Source of the DNA: Octopus vulgaris
Lineage: Eukaryota
Length of the DNA stretch: 64,000 nucleotides
Assembly (NCBI GenBank): GCA_951406725.2
Contig: OX597814.1
Coordinates: 59,892,001-59,956,000, forward strand
Direction of reading: 5' to 3'
This document shows positions 1-14,412 of this stretch, piece after piece. Made by a program: the position numbers and the translations under genes. Below the pieces are notes generated by a model that had not been told where the DNA came from, searched no databases, and worked only from the letters and a program-made list of their open reading frames with translations. How positions within the stretch are numbered: the stretch's first letter is position 1; each line of letters starts with the position of its first letter.

Positions 1-645
1 TAAAATAATATGCCTACTTGCTAATTGGATATCTTCCAAGTTTTCTATAAACATACGTACGTAACATAAATGCATACATAAACACAGACAAACACAGGTA
101 CATAGATACACACACATATATATACACACACACATATATATGCATATATATGCATATTTATATATGTATGTATATATGTATGTAAGTATGTATGTATACG
201 CAATCTCCCACTTGTATATAGATTTACCAATGTTTGTACCAGAAATGTTATGTAAGATGACATAGACCATATTACTTAATTAACTATATTACAAAACACC
301 GGTTAACTTATGAGTGATATATCGTTGGCTCAAATGAATTTCAAATCTTAGTTATTCACTATTATTAAAGTTACTTATATATGAAAACAGAGAATACCAA
401 TGGCAACCGAAGAATGGTCTGTAATTGTGGATATCCAGTTGGAAATGTAAATGACTTACATGAGGTTGTGCTATAAAATGAAGGAAAGATTAATGTTTCG
501 AGCGAACTCGCTTCTATTATCAGTTCAAAAACATGCATAGATATGTTCACACATGCGCGCATGCACATATAAACATATATATATGTATGTACGTATGTAT
601 ATATATATATATACAGATCATACACACACAAACATATATATATAC

Positions 646-698
<53 letters not shown>

Positions 699-699
<1 letters not shown>

Positions 700-1196
700 T
701 AGCTTAAGGTGACCCGGTCTACGCACGAGTGAGTGTGTGGTTGTTACTTTCTGTTGCTTCCTTTCTGTTTCTTATCGCCACATTCTCCCTCTTTGTTTCT
801 CTCTCCTTTCTCACTTTCCCACTCTCTTACTCTTCCTTTCTCTCGGACTCTCCCTCGGTTTCTCTTACTCTTTATCTTTCTCTATCTATCTCTCTCCAAT
901 TTATAAAAAATTGGATTTCGCGTTTAAATTACAGATCCACTTCCACTTTACCATGTTGAAAATTTGATTGAAATCCGGCAAAAGGTGTCTGATCTTGATC
1001 CCCAAGTGTCTTCCAAAATCAATAAAATCCCAGTTTCACACCAAAGCAACCACTGTAGCACCCCAAAACTTCTCCCAATCAATTTCCCGCCTCAAATTAC
1101 CCCCTCCTTTAATCCCCTTCCAGCCACATTTAGACCCCTTTTTGCATAAAAATTCATTTTGTATCAATGTTCGCCTTCTTCATTTTATAGATTAGA
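699..1196 (-). mobile_element. Non-autonomous Helitron-like element
   Basis: On the minus strand it starts TCTAATCTATAAAATG (1196) and ends with a degenerate hairpin (ACCCG..CGAGT, 712-730) about 10 nt before CTAG (699-702), followed by T. It abuts a (TA)n tract. Confidence 0.55.
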
Positions 1197-2130
1197 CATA
1201 TATATCTGGCATTGCTCGGGATTAAAATAGTTTATTATTGTTTTACTTGTTTCGGTATTATAACCCGATTTCATTCGGGTATACGCAGGCCACATTTTAA
1301 AAGATGAGGAATTTTGCCGTAGAAGCCATGCTTTTCAATTGAGTGATGATGGTGGTGGTGGGGTTGGGGTGGTAGTCTGGGTGATAGCCGAGGCAGTCAG
1401 TGATGACGGTGAGAGTGAGTGAAGTGAAAGACAGTGTTGATGGTGGTGGAGAGGAAGGCGGCTAAGTCAAAGATATTCTTGGTGGTGGCATCACAGGGCT
1501 GAATGGTATGTATATGGCAGAGTTGGTGGCGATGATGGTGATACTGTTGTTGGACATGCAACTTTACAATAAGTTCCAAGTTCAGAAATTATATCATTGC
1601 TTTGATGAAAATTGTTTACTGCTTGAAAAATATTGTTCAAGTTTAATATACAAAGATTTGATAAACTAGAGTATAAATTAACTCTGACCCCCAAAAGCAG
1701 TCACGAGCTAGATCTCTAGCAAGTCTTTTCTTCCTGATACCTTAGTAGCTTTTAAGCTGAAGTGAAGACAGAATTTTCTTTGTCTATCTCCTTACGTTCT
1801 TTGAGGTTTTAGGTAAAACTGTACTAATGTGTCCATCTGTTTTTATTTAATTTAATTCTATGTCTTTATGCAGCTGATGATTGCTCTGCATTTAAATTGA
1901 TGTAATGATTGCATTGTTAAATTAAATGGAGTTGCTTGAAGTGATCATACTGCATTACCTCTGGATATCCTTGTTGCTTATTTTGATTTTAATCACCTTA
2001 CTTTGAAATTGTATGGATAATACCGTACTAAATTCTTGTGCCTCAACTTAAGTACCTATTTCATCTGAATCTAAATTTGTGCTATATACATACGTACATA
2101 CATACATACACACACACGCACACGCACACT

Positions 2131-2180
<50 letters not shown>

Positions 2181-2183
2181 TAT

Positions 2184-2267
<84 letters not shown>

Positions 2268-2307
2268 GAAAGTTGGTTTGTGAAAGCACGTGGGTGAATA
2301 TATAAAA

Positions 2308-3115
2308 AATAGTAAAGAGTGAAAAAACGACAGAAGGCTTAAATGTTAAAAAATATATATATTTGCGTCAATATGTCTGAAGAATATTAGAAAATTTTTT
2401 AAACAATTTTTTTTCCTTTATAATTACATAATTTTTAAAGAAAGACCGGTTTCGCATTTAGCTTTTCAAATTTCTTGTGACGATATGTTTATGTTTAATA
2501 GAGTTATCCTTGTGTTTAAGCTCCGGAGAGTTCTAAATAAGGGAAGGTAGTGGGTGATTTCTTCTGGTGTAAGGGAGATAATCGCTTAAAATTTTTTTTC
2601 CTTTCCCTTAATGTGAATTTCTCTGTATCAGTATGTTCGGATGGTTGAGTCTGGGCTTGTACTTTTCAATGAAGAATGTTTCCTTGTTTAGTCTAATTTG
2701 TGTTGATGATCCGAAAGCACATTGGTAAAATGGAAAGATTAAAAATTGTGGTAGTAGTTGCTTTGCGCATTTCTCAATGTGCTCACTAAAAGGTATCATT
2801 CTATATTCTGGGAATGCAATCTGTTGTCGATGCAGTGTGCATCTACGTCTGAGTGATAGTCCCGTGGAACCCACGTAGTCTTGGTGGCAGCCCGAGCATT
2901 TTATGACATAAATTATGTTTTCAGAGGCACAAGTAAAGTTAGATTTGATCTTGAATTTCTGAAAGCTAAATGCGAAACCGGTCTTTCTTTAAAAATTATG
3001 TCATTATAAAGGAAAAAAATTTGTTTAAAAAATTTTCTAATATTCTTCAGACATATTGACGCAAATATATATATGTTTTAACATTTAAGCCTTCTGTCGT
3101 TTTTTTACTCTTTAC

Positions 3116-3119
<4 letters not shown>
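2308..3119 (-). mobile_element. 5'-truncated Penelope-like element (PLE) with inverted terminal (pseudo-LTR) copy
   Basis: ~160-bp inverted repeats (2308-2466 and 2961-3119) flank a GIY-YIG fragment. It lies between (TA)n tracts and has a hammerhead-like motif in the repeat. Confidence 0.85.
2608..2960 (-). pseudogene. PLE GIY-YIG endonuclease, C-terminal fragment
   Basis: Reads FTCASENIIYVIKCSGCHQDYVGSTGLSLRRRCTLHRQQI...RLNKETFFIEKYKPRLN. This has IIY/YVG motifs with CxxC, the conserved R/H and the terminal E...P.LN typical of Penelope endonucleases. Confidence 0.9.
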
Positions 3120-3181
<62 letters not shown>

Positions 3182-3184
3182 ATA

Positions 3185-3360
3185 TGTGAGTGTATGTGTG
3201 TTTTCGTGTGTGTTTTTCCTCGACAACTGTTTGGCAACTGGAATTTGATTTTTTTTTGCGTCTCCCTAACCTAACATTTCGGCAAAAGAAAACTGATAGA
3301 ATAATTATCAGGCTGAAATAAGTACTGGGGTCGATTTGTTCGGCTAACAATTCTCCAAAG
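3185..3360 (-). mobile_element. Partial, degenerate 3' half of the abundant tRNA-SINE
   Basis: Contains the block ..GATAGAATAA..AAGTACTGGGGTCGATTTGTTCG similar to the SINE copies at 25896 and 57037. As written it matches those copies on the plus strand, so treat the strand call with caution. Confidence 0.4.
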
Positions 3361-4127
3361 CAGAGCCCCTAAATATGGAAGAGAGGAGATATTTCATTGT
3401 GACTAACAATAGCAAGATATCAGCCACAACCTCATCAGCTGCCAAAATATATTTGAAAAGTATTGCCTTCTTATGAGATATGAGCTTGTTACATCTGTGC
3501 TTTTATATTACAATTTTGTAGCTGGTGAAATATTATCAGCTGTAACAGCATCGCAACCAGTGTGGTCGTTATGTAACCAACCAATGAAAGAGGAGCCAAT
3601 GCGGAGTTTCACCGAGATTGCTTGGACTTTTATTAATTGCTCTCAAATATTTCGTATATTACAAACTTCCAGCCTAATGATATGGTTTTAACTTTATATG
3701 AAGACATTAGTAGATCTGGTTGTAAAGCAACTCTACAATACATTGACTGAAGCTATTTATTATGATCTGAAATATCAGAATATATATGCAGTGTCTAAAT
3801 ATTACATAGCTTGTTCTATGATTAAATTAGTCATACACATTTTGATGATCATCGTAAGAGATAAGTTTCACCAACAGGTTTAACTCGGAGCAATTCCTCA
3901 TCTTTATATTGACAAGAAGATAGCCAATTATACTTTCGTCTGTCGTTGCTCTGTGTGACAAATGTGAGGAGTATGAGAAAAACCGTAGTTTACATAAAGA
4001 CTAAGATGAAGTACTATACATACAAGTGGAAGAGAGTTCAGCAAGTTATCAAAGCGACATTGAAAGGCCCGTCAAGTTTAGTGACAAGACTCATTCAACG
4101 TTCCTTCAGCGTTCGAATCATTCAACT

Positions 4128-4164
<37 letters not shown>

Positions 4165-6724
4165 TTCATTCTGTTTCTGTCTCACCCTATCTGTCTATCT
4201 ATTTATCTATCTGTCGATCTCCCCCCTGTCTCTCTCTCTCTCTGTCTCTCTCTCTTTCACACACACACAAAATGTGTGTGTCTGTGTTCGTGCGTGCGTG
4301 CGTGCGTGCATACGTGCGTGTACATGTTTGTGTCCGCGTGCGGAGGATGGTAAGCTGATGAAGCATAAACCCGCATTTCTATGAAATGACAAAGACCTTT
4401 AATGGCAATGTTGGAATTGCATATAATGGATGAGTAATTGCATATGTTGCTTATATTAGTGCGAAGGATGCCCTTAACTGAATTCTTAGAAAGGTATTTG
4501 ACCGTGTTGACATTGCATAATCAAGTGGAGAACAGACTAAAGTCTTAATGAATAACATGTCTATTTTAAATGCATGATTGAATTTCAACAGCGAAATGTT
4601 TGTAGTAAATGAGGGAGACAGAAGTCAAACGATAGAATCACTAAGCAAGCAGGTGTGTGTAGGTGTGTGTGTGTGATCATTTGTATATGTGTATGTGTAC
4701 GATTTATTGAAAAGAGAGATACGTTGTTTCTATCGAATATATACTTATACATCATACATGAATACATACGCACACAAACAAGAATTCATGTATATGCACA
4801 CACTTCAGATACATACAAGAAGTCTATGTGCATGTGGTGGGGGATAGGCGAAGGTGTTTGCGTGTCGTGTGTGTGTGTGTGTGTGTGTGAGAGAGATAGA
4901 GAGAGAGAGTGCGTGTGTGTGTGTGTCTGTGTGTTTAATGAGGTTATTTATAACAGCGTATAGATTTGGCAGTCTTTGAACTTCATTATTAATTCATAGT
5001 GGAAATATTGCTGTGGCGCTTATTACTGAAGTAACTAGTAACTGTGTAGCAACCATCTGGTTAGAATGAATTGATTATTAAATCACTGTATTTCTCTTCA
5101 CTCTTTATTTAATATCAGAGTGTTTATTACAGTTATTTTGTTAATCATCATTTAGTTAGCATCATTATACCTGTAGTTAAAAACCGATGAAACTTTGACA
5201 TTAAGCAGAATATTACTGAGGTATCAGTAGTCTTGTTATGAATTACTTTAGGAAATCGGTTCGATATATAGTAAGAATGTAACTATACTGTCGCTGACCG
5301 GTTGGTAGATACCATTTCCCATTAAATATATTTTCGTTTACTGTTGAGTTTAATTTCATCTGGTGAAATCTGCGAACGTCACTGCATACTAAAACTGTAT
5401 TGTGATTAATTGCATCAAATTAATACTTTTACCTTCAGCTTATATTTTCATCAGCGATACATCAATGGATATAAAGCTTAATGTTACGGTATTGAAACTC
5501 GTTATGTGACATTTGCAAAACACATGAAAGCACATTCATACAAACATATATATGAATGTCTATATGTAGACATTCAGTAGAACAGTTGCCTAATTCATAC
5601 AATTCGGTATTGAAAGGTATTTTATGTATGTATATGTGTATGCATGTATACATGAATGTATGTATGTACGTACGTAAAAATGTATGTATACATGCATGCA
5701 TGTCTGTGAGAAGGGAAGTATTTACATATCTATCTACATATTTCTCCTTTTCCCTTTTCTTCTGCCTGTCCTTCAATACCTCTGTCTATAGGTTCGTCGG
5801 ATTGTCAGTCTTTATTCATGACTGTCTGATTATTTATCTATCTACATATCACCCTTTCCTTCTTTCTTTATTTCTCTCCTACTTTCTAACCTTCTTTCGC
5901 TCCTACATTCGGTGATGTAAATCAAAGTATAATGTAAGTATCACCGAGAAGACAAAAGAAAATAGATGATGCATCTCTAATTACATCATCATGTTGATAT
6001 TTCATCCTCAGCAAGTTATACAGACGCTTCCTCGTAAATCTCGCCATCAATAATGCAATGAAGCATGTTTTGGTTTATCAGAATCCGCTACTTAACTATT
6101 TGCTCCTAAAGCAAAAAAATTATTCCTTAAAATAAATTATGCTTCAAAAAATTTAATTCTACATTAGCTGTTTTCAAAGTTTTTCAAAACTTCGAAGGGC
6201 AAACTTTAGAGAGATAAATGTAAAACCGCTCGTTTCAGCTTTGAGTTCAGGTCTATGGCGCGCTATCTTCGAAAAGTGTGTTGTACCATATTCGCGGGTT
6301 AAATATCTATATATAAACTCTTGTAGATGTAAAGTGAGTAGAAGCTCGTCACTGCTATAATATAAAAAATAAATCATTTAGCTACTGAGTAACAATAAAT
6401 AAGACAATCTGTGAGCATGTGTATCCTGTCAGATAAACACTTTATTGTATGCGACAATCACTTTTAATGTTGCAGCAACGTTGTAACATTATATGTAACA
6501 TATATTCTTATGCTGGATCCATATTTCTATAAAATTCTGTTCAAAATTTACTTCAGATCTGAAAGTTTTTTGAGTTGAAAATTATAATCTTTATCAAATA
6601 AAGAATTCGAAATGCTGAAAAAGATATGGAGAGTAATGATGATGGAATAATTTCAGACATATGTGGCATTACGAAACAATAACTTCTAGTGCTACATTAC
6701 AAGTATAGCACATACTATTACGTA

Positions 6725-6770
<46 letters not shown>

Positions 6771-6813
6771 CATATACGTATGTATGTGTATATACGTATG
6801 TATTTATATACAA

Positions 6814-6844
<31 letters not shown>

Positions 6845-7784
6845 TAGATAGATAGATAACCACACACATATACATGTGTACATGAGTTTGTGTCAGTGTG
6901 TGCGTGTAGTTATGTACATACAGACATGTGTGGGTGTATAAGTGGGTGTAAGATGATTTTCTCAAATTAAATATTATTAATTATATTCAAAAAATTCTTT
7001 TAAATATTGCAGATAAGCACAGACCAAATGTAAGATATAATCATGTTCTTTTTCTTAAAGAAGTTTTATTTAATTAACAATTTTTAAATCAAGAATTTTC
7101 TTTTTATTTGAGACATTACGTTTGTAACAATAATTTTTCTACAATCTTTCACACATATGGCTGACCACCCTTGAACGAAGAAGACCATCGCTGGCCATTG
7201 CCCATGAAAAATAACAGCAGTATCAACAATTCACCCGGGTTCACGTCTGCAGCTTCCATGCTCGCCGTCATATTCGATCAGGTATATTAGTACTCATCTC
7301 GCCGGCGATTGCACAACCTAGAATGTTAGGTTCAATAAGTCTTTTACACCACATCACCGACCCTCTCTGCTCTAGAGACATTATCGAGAAGCAAACTAGA
7401 CCAAGACACTCTATGTTTGTTCGCCTCTATTATGACCATGTTAGATGTTTATGTAATCAACATCTCCTTAACAGAGTGAGCGTGGATATGTACGTCCAAG
7501 AGATCACTGGTGTATGGGTATGTGTATCATTTATTGATTACTCACTATGTGTAAGGTATTAACCGTTTATAACCAAGATACTCTATCCATAACTTTTCCT
7601 AATAACCAACAAATTACTGACTATAATAACATGTTATATAATCGAACTAAACGAAACCGAGTCTATTGAGCGAGTTATTTTTTTTAAAAGAACACCTGAA
7701 GCGACACACCTGCTCCACCACCAGTTATATAGTATCCCACTCACAAGGGACGGATGCAAGACGACTTGAAACGATCGTTTTGAA

Positions 7785-8385
7785 TAAAGATTCTGCAGTA
7801 TAGAAGCATAATATGCCCCGTCAATTGTGGTGCACTTTGCCAGAAAATCCATCATCGCTGCTCCGTACTGGTATCAAAAGACCGTGAGCATCATCTCGCC
7901 AGCTGAGGTGGTGAGTTATCATGCTTCCATTACTTCGACTAGACTTTAGTTTCAGGATCATAGTGATGGGCCCATGTTTCATTCTGTGTGATAAGTCTGC
8001 CGAAAATTTCCTCCTCATTTTCTTGGCCCATTGTCAAAAGAGCCTGGGAGCAATTGATCGTTCCAGGTATTCTATCGTGCAGACAACTTCAGCATGTACA
8101 AATGGTCTTCAGTGATATTTACACACACACTACTCTTATCTTCACTTTTCAGGCTAGTTGCCGAATAGTTATCCGGAGATCCTCCAATACGACGGCTTCC
8201 AATTCATGGATGGTGTCATCATGAATGGCGAAATGTGGTCGTCCAGGGATAGGAGCTGTTTTCACCGATATCCGACCAAATTTGAACTGCTTGGCTACGT
8301 TGTATGATGGTGCATCGTCAACATAAGCTTCTTTCATCTCATCGAAAGACTCTTTTGGGGTACGACCGTTTGCTCCAGACCACAA
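7785..8385 (-). pseudogene. Degenerate mariner transposase fragment, related to the 11282 element
   Basis: Frameshifted pieces GRTPKESFDEMKEAYVDDAPSYNVAK..GRISVKTAPIPGRP and DFLAKCTTIDGAYYASIL align to the ORFs at 11449 and 11948. No TIRs found. Confidence 0.85.
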
Positions 8386-11281
8386 AGTGTAGCCGGTCTG
8401 GTAATTGGAACCACGATTTCATGACTACGAATGTTACACATCTATCGACCAAGCCACGTACCTTAACATATATATGTGCGTGTATGTGTATGTGCGTATG
8501 TGTGTGTGTGAGTCTGTCTGAGTGTGTGTGTCTGTGTGTGTACTAGCGAAACATGATCAGTGAAATTATGGTTTGACTGTGTTTAAGAGCTAAATCCTTA
8601 AGAGCTAAAATGTATGTAATATGTTGTAATCTTTTAAGAATGCTTTCAAAAAATTTCCAGCGAATGAATTGTTGCAAACTTAAAAAGCTATTCGTATATT
8701 ATTTATTATACATATAGGTATTTAAGACACGAACGCTTATCCACATGCGCAAATGCGGGCACGTACACACACATACAAATAATCTTCGTTGTAAGGTCTT
8801 TCTAGTGTCCAAGAATTTCAGTTTCGTCACAAGGGAATGGTTCATCTTGGGTCATAACTACATTGATTAATAAAAGAACCCAAATCTTCAAATGGAAAAA
8901 GCAATAAAAATGGCAAGCAAGGGTTGTCCGAGTGTCTGATAGTTGTTGTATAACGTATTCTTTAAGTATCTGAATAAATAATCTTTTGCATTTAACTTTG
9001 AATATATCAGATTCTCTGGTGAACCCCACTCGTTGGAAAAATTTGGCTTTACACTATTCCGAGTTATATACATATGTATATTAGGGTAATGACTTTTAAC
9101 CCACATTACGTTCGACATTTTATTAGACTTAAAGGAATTTATGACTGAAGTTACTTCCTGGTCAAATGCCAATAACGATATATACATTAGTAAAAGTTGT
9201 TTCACATTTTGAGTAGTATTATTTGTTGTTGAAATAATCTATGAATGCATTATTCTTTCTATTACAGATATTAAAATATATTGCGATAATCAGTGAAATG
9301 AAAACACGGATCATGTCATTTAAGCAGTCAAGTCAAGCGGTTACAGCAAAAAAGAAAACGTGGCAAAAAATATAACAAACTTTGAAAAGGCTGTTAAAAA
9401 TGAAGAATAATACCGAATGTGGAACATGAGTTAAATGAACTCCAAAAAATCCAGCATCATTGAAAGGTATAATGCGTTAGAAAATTTTTTAAATCCAGAC
9501 ATGCAAGGAATCAGCTTAGGAACTAAAGAATCTATGGAAAAAATTTGATTTTCCGTGTATAACATTAAAGTCTATTGTAAGAAAATTAAATACTCTGTTG
9601 ACAAGGTTCATTACCCATTTAAAACGTCTGGAACCAGGTCGAAATTTAAAAGATTACTTGGACATCGTTAATCAACATGGTAACACGTTATCTAAAGAAG
9701 ACAAATACTTTTTTTTCAATACACAAATTCAAGCGGTGGTATAACTGACTACACCACATCTCGATTAGCTATGGCTCATCCTTCAAAGCGAAGACCTTCT
9801 TCATCAAGAGTGTCAGTTTCAACTCCACAAGCGTACCTCCCATATGCTGAAGCAGGTAAAGTAACGTGCCAAAAGATTCTCAAATATTACACAAATTGTT
9901 TTGTATGCATTGATGTCACTAATATGTACCCTACTTTTTGCAGATACATCATCATCATCATCATCATCATCATCAGGAGCCCCTACTTATGATTCTGCAG
10001 ATGAAATCTCATTACCAATAGATGAACAAATTGGCATTTCTAAACAACATCACTCAACCTAGAAAGCAATGATAAAAAAAGAATTTAAGCAGTCATAAAG
10101 CAACCAAAGTTTGCAAACAGCTGAAAGAGGAAGAAGTATTTCTCACCCCCTCCGTCGTAGTCAGGAGTGTACAAAGCTGTTAAAAGAGAAACCACTAAGA
10201 TGAAGCAAGAACTAAAATAAACTTTAAAAAATGACCTGTAGGTGCTCCATTTTGATGGAGAGATTATAAAGGGTAAAGAAAGACAAGTTGTAGTGAAAAA
10301 CGACACAAGAGAAATTAGATTAGCAGCACTAACTCTGATGAATGGCAGAGCAGAAACCATTTTTCAATGACTAAAGGAAGTTTTAGATGATAACGAATTG
10401 TGGCCAGCAATCAAAATGATCATAACAAACACATGTAGTGTAAATACAGGAAAGCATACTGGAGTGGTCATTCAGCTGCAGAACGAATTTGTAAGGCGTG
10501 GATATCCTGCACCTCAATACATCAGTTGCTAACATCATGTGCTAGACCGCCTCCTAAAACATGTAATGGATGATAGGAAAGGAAATACTGCATCACCAAA
10601 TATATCATATCTGTTCATAGACGATTTAATTTTAAAATTCTATGATTTGGTGGCAGAATGGAAACAAGGTGAAGCAAAACTTCAAATGGCTGATAATCCA
10701 GATTGGAGAGATGAACTTAAGTCTTTATTTGAAATTGGGCATGCCTTCAGATTTTATCATCAACAAAGCATTTTACAAGAAATGAAATTTAAAAACTTCC
10801 TAAACTTAACACTGCATGTTGGAATTCACTAGCAATTTTGGCCATCCTCAGATACATGCTTCCGCAACAAAGTAGAGAAAACCTCAACGACGCGAGTTGA
10901 TTTATGAGGGAAAACGATAGAAATCAGGTTTTGTGACCAAAGATTTCACAGCATGGCCTACCAGAAACTTTCAGAAGCAGTTTCTGGGTATACTAAAGCA
11001 AGCCAGTGTTTGAAAGCTAATTGGAATATCGAAGAATCAGTAATTCAAGATGTTCAATGAAAATAATGGAGAAATTAGATTGAAGATCTTCTGAAAAATT
11101 AAATCTGCGATTTGTTTTAACCAACTCTTGTTGTATGAGGCTATACTTATTACGTTAACAATGCATAACAGTACGTCTTATTACTTGAACAATATATGCG
11201 CGTCCGTAGAAAAAGTATTGTCATCGGTGGGGGAGTTGTTGTGTCAAAGAAGGAAATGATTATGATTTTTTTATCATTATA

Positions 11282-12553
11282 CGAGGGGCGTTCAATAAGT
11301 AATGCCTCTGACCCACTTGCAGTTGTTTGATCTAGCTGAAATTTTGCATGTGCAATTATTTATATCTCTATAGAGTAAGTGGGAAATTACAGCTCCGAAC
11401 TAATTGTGGTTTCCGATTTACAGGTGCTTGAACTGAGTCAAGTGTGAAATGGAGCATGTTGAGTGTCGAGCAGTGATCCGGTTTTTGTATTTGAAAGGAC
11501 GCACACCACGGGAGACTTTTGATGAAATGAAAGAAACTTATGGTGATGATGCCCCATCATATGACCTTGTAAAACGCTGGCATCGTGAATTCAAACATGG
11601 TCGGAACTCTGTGGAAACAGCTCCCAGATCTGGTCGCCCCTTTCTGCCATTGATGAGGCATCTATCTGTCAAGTTGAGGCTGCCATTTTGGAAGATCGAC
11701 GCATAACTATTCGCCAAATAGCCCATGAGGTCAAGGTTAGTACCGGGTCTGTGGAAAATATCATTCATGACCATTTGCATATGCAAAAGGTGTCTGCCAG
11801 ATGGATTCCCAGAACCAAGAACGCGTCGATTGCTCGAGGATGAATTTGGAGATGTGCCAAGAAGATGAGTCAAAACTTTTCAAAAGACTGATTGCATAGG
11901 ATAAAACCTGGGTCCATCACTATGATCCAGAGACCAAAGCCCAGTCAATGCAGTGGAAGCATCGTGACTCACCTCCTCCAAAGAAGGCAAGGGTGCAGCC
12001 CTCCGCTGGCAAGGTCATGCTTACAGTTTTCTGGGACCAGGACGGAGTAGTGAAGACAGATTTTCTGGCAAAGGGTGCCACAATTACAGGAGTCTATTAT
12101 GCTTCACTTTTGAGGAAATTAAGAGAAGCTATCAAAATCAAGAGGCGGGGCAAGATCAGCAAAGGCATCCTCCTCCTGCAGGACAACGCTCCGATCCACA
12201 ACTCGCGTGTCGGCAGATCAGAAGCACAGGCGTGCGGCTATGAACTCATCCCCCATCCCCCCTACTCTCCTGACCTTGCACCCTCTGATTTTCACCTCTT
12301 CCAGCCATGGAGTTGTTTTTGAAAGGAAAGCGTTTCCCAGATGATGCAGCCTTGATTTCTGAAGTCACGTCGTGGTTGGAGGACCAAGCTGGGGTCTTCT
12401 ACAAAAACGGTCTTCAGAGGTGCATCAAACGATGGGAGAAATGCGTAACTCTGGGTGGTTCCTATGTAGAAAAAGACTAATAACTGTTCCAAGTTTCGTT
12501 GCTCTGCTGCTATGGGAAGTGGGTCAGGGGCATTACTTATTGAACGCCCCTCG
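11282..12553 (+). mobile_element. Full-length Tc1/mariner element (1272 bp), inactive
   Basis: 37-bp TIRs CGAGGGGCGTTCAATAAGTAATGCC(T/C)CTGACCCACTT with 1 mismatch. TA target duplications at 11280-11281 and 12554-12555. Confidence 0.97.
11449..12480 (+). pseudogene. Mariner D,D34D transposase with frameshifts and a premature stop
   Basis: HTH N-terminus MEHVECRAVIRFLYLKG..RSGRP; IA*DKTWVHHYDPETK (first-D region with a stop); LQDNAPIH; HPPYSPDLAPSDFHLF. Split over several frames. Confidence 0.95.
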
Positions 12554-12615
12554 TACCATAACGTTCACCTTCTGGCACCTTGGCCTTACTCGACTTGAGA
12601 AAAGCCATCGCCCTA

Positions 12616-13602
<987 letters not shown>

Positions 13603-13606
<4 letters not shown>

Positions 13607-14412
13607 CATGTGAAAGGGAAATGGAATTTAATTAAAATTAAAACATGCAATCAAAATTTACATTTCCAGTGGTCTAACGTGCAAAAAGAATTAGTCAAGA
13701 CAAATATATATTAGTCATACGATATAGTGTATATTTAAACACATAAGCAATCCACTTACAGGGAATTCAGCAGGCTAGAAAAAACAGCTAGGTTCTGTAA
13801 ACCACAAAAATAACGGATAAAATTATTTTTGTGGTTTACAGAACCTAGCTGTTCATTCTAGGTATGTCCATTCCCTGTATGTGGATTCCTTATGTATTTA
13901 AATATACACTATATCGTATGACTAATATATAGTCTTCTTGACTTTTTTTTTTTGCACGTTAGACCACTGGAAATGTATATTTTGATTGAATGTTTTAATT
14001 TTAATTAAATTCCATTTCCCTCTCACATGATTAAATACTGTAAGTTTTTGGATAATTTTCGGTTAAACGTTGGTGGTTTTTCATTGTAGCCAGCGAAGGA
14101 CTGCGTCTGCGCAGAAAAATTTGAATAGTTTGTTCGTATAAACACGAGATAAGTAGTTTCGTTTGTCTCGTGTTGGATATGTACAACACTAGGTTGGACC
14201 TTGCTGAAGAAAATCAGACCTTGTGAGTTCTCCTTGACTCACTAAAAGATGATCAGAAACCAATTGGTCCAGGGACTAGATGGTAAATGTTTTTCATTTC
14301 AAAATTTATTCCGTTATTTTTGTGGTTTACAGAACCTAGGTGTTCTTTCTAGCGTGCTGAATTCACTATAAGTGGATTCCTTATGTGTTTAAATATACAC
14401 TATATCGTATGA

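Larger units (their letters stand above)
9082..12615 (+). mobile_element. Decayed hAT-superfamily-like DDE DNA transposon, interrupted by mariner
   Basis: Frame from 10200 reads MKQELK*TLKNDL*VLHFDGE..IITNTCSVNTGKHTGVV..YISC*HHVLDRLLKHVMDD (xHFDG, DT..NTG-like and CxHH motifs, several stops). Candidate imperfect TIRs are TAGGGTAATGACTTTT (9082) and the reverse complement TAGGGCGATGGCTTTT ending at 12615 (13/16 match). Boundaries are tentative. Confidence 0.6.
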
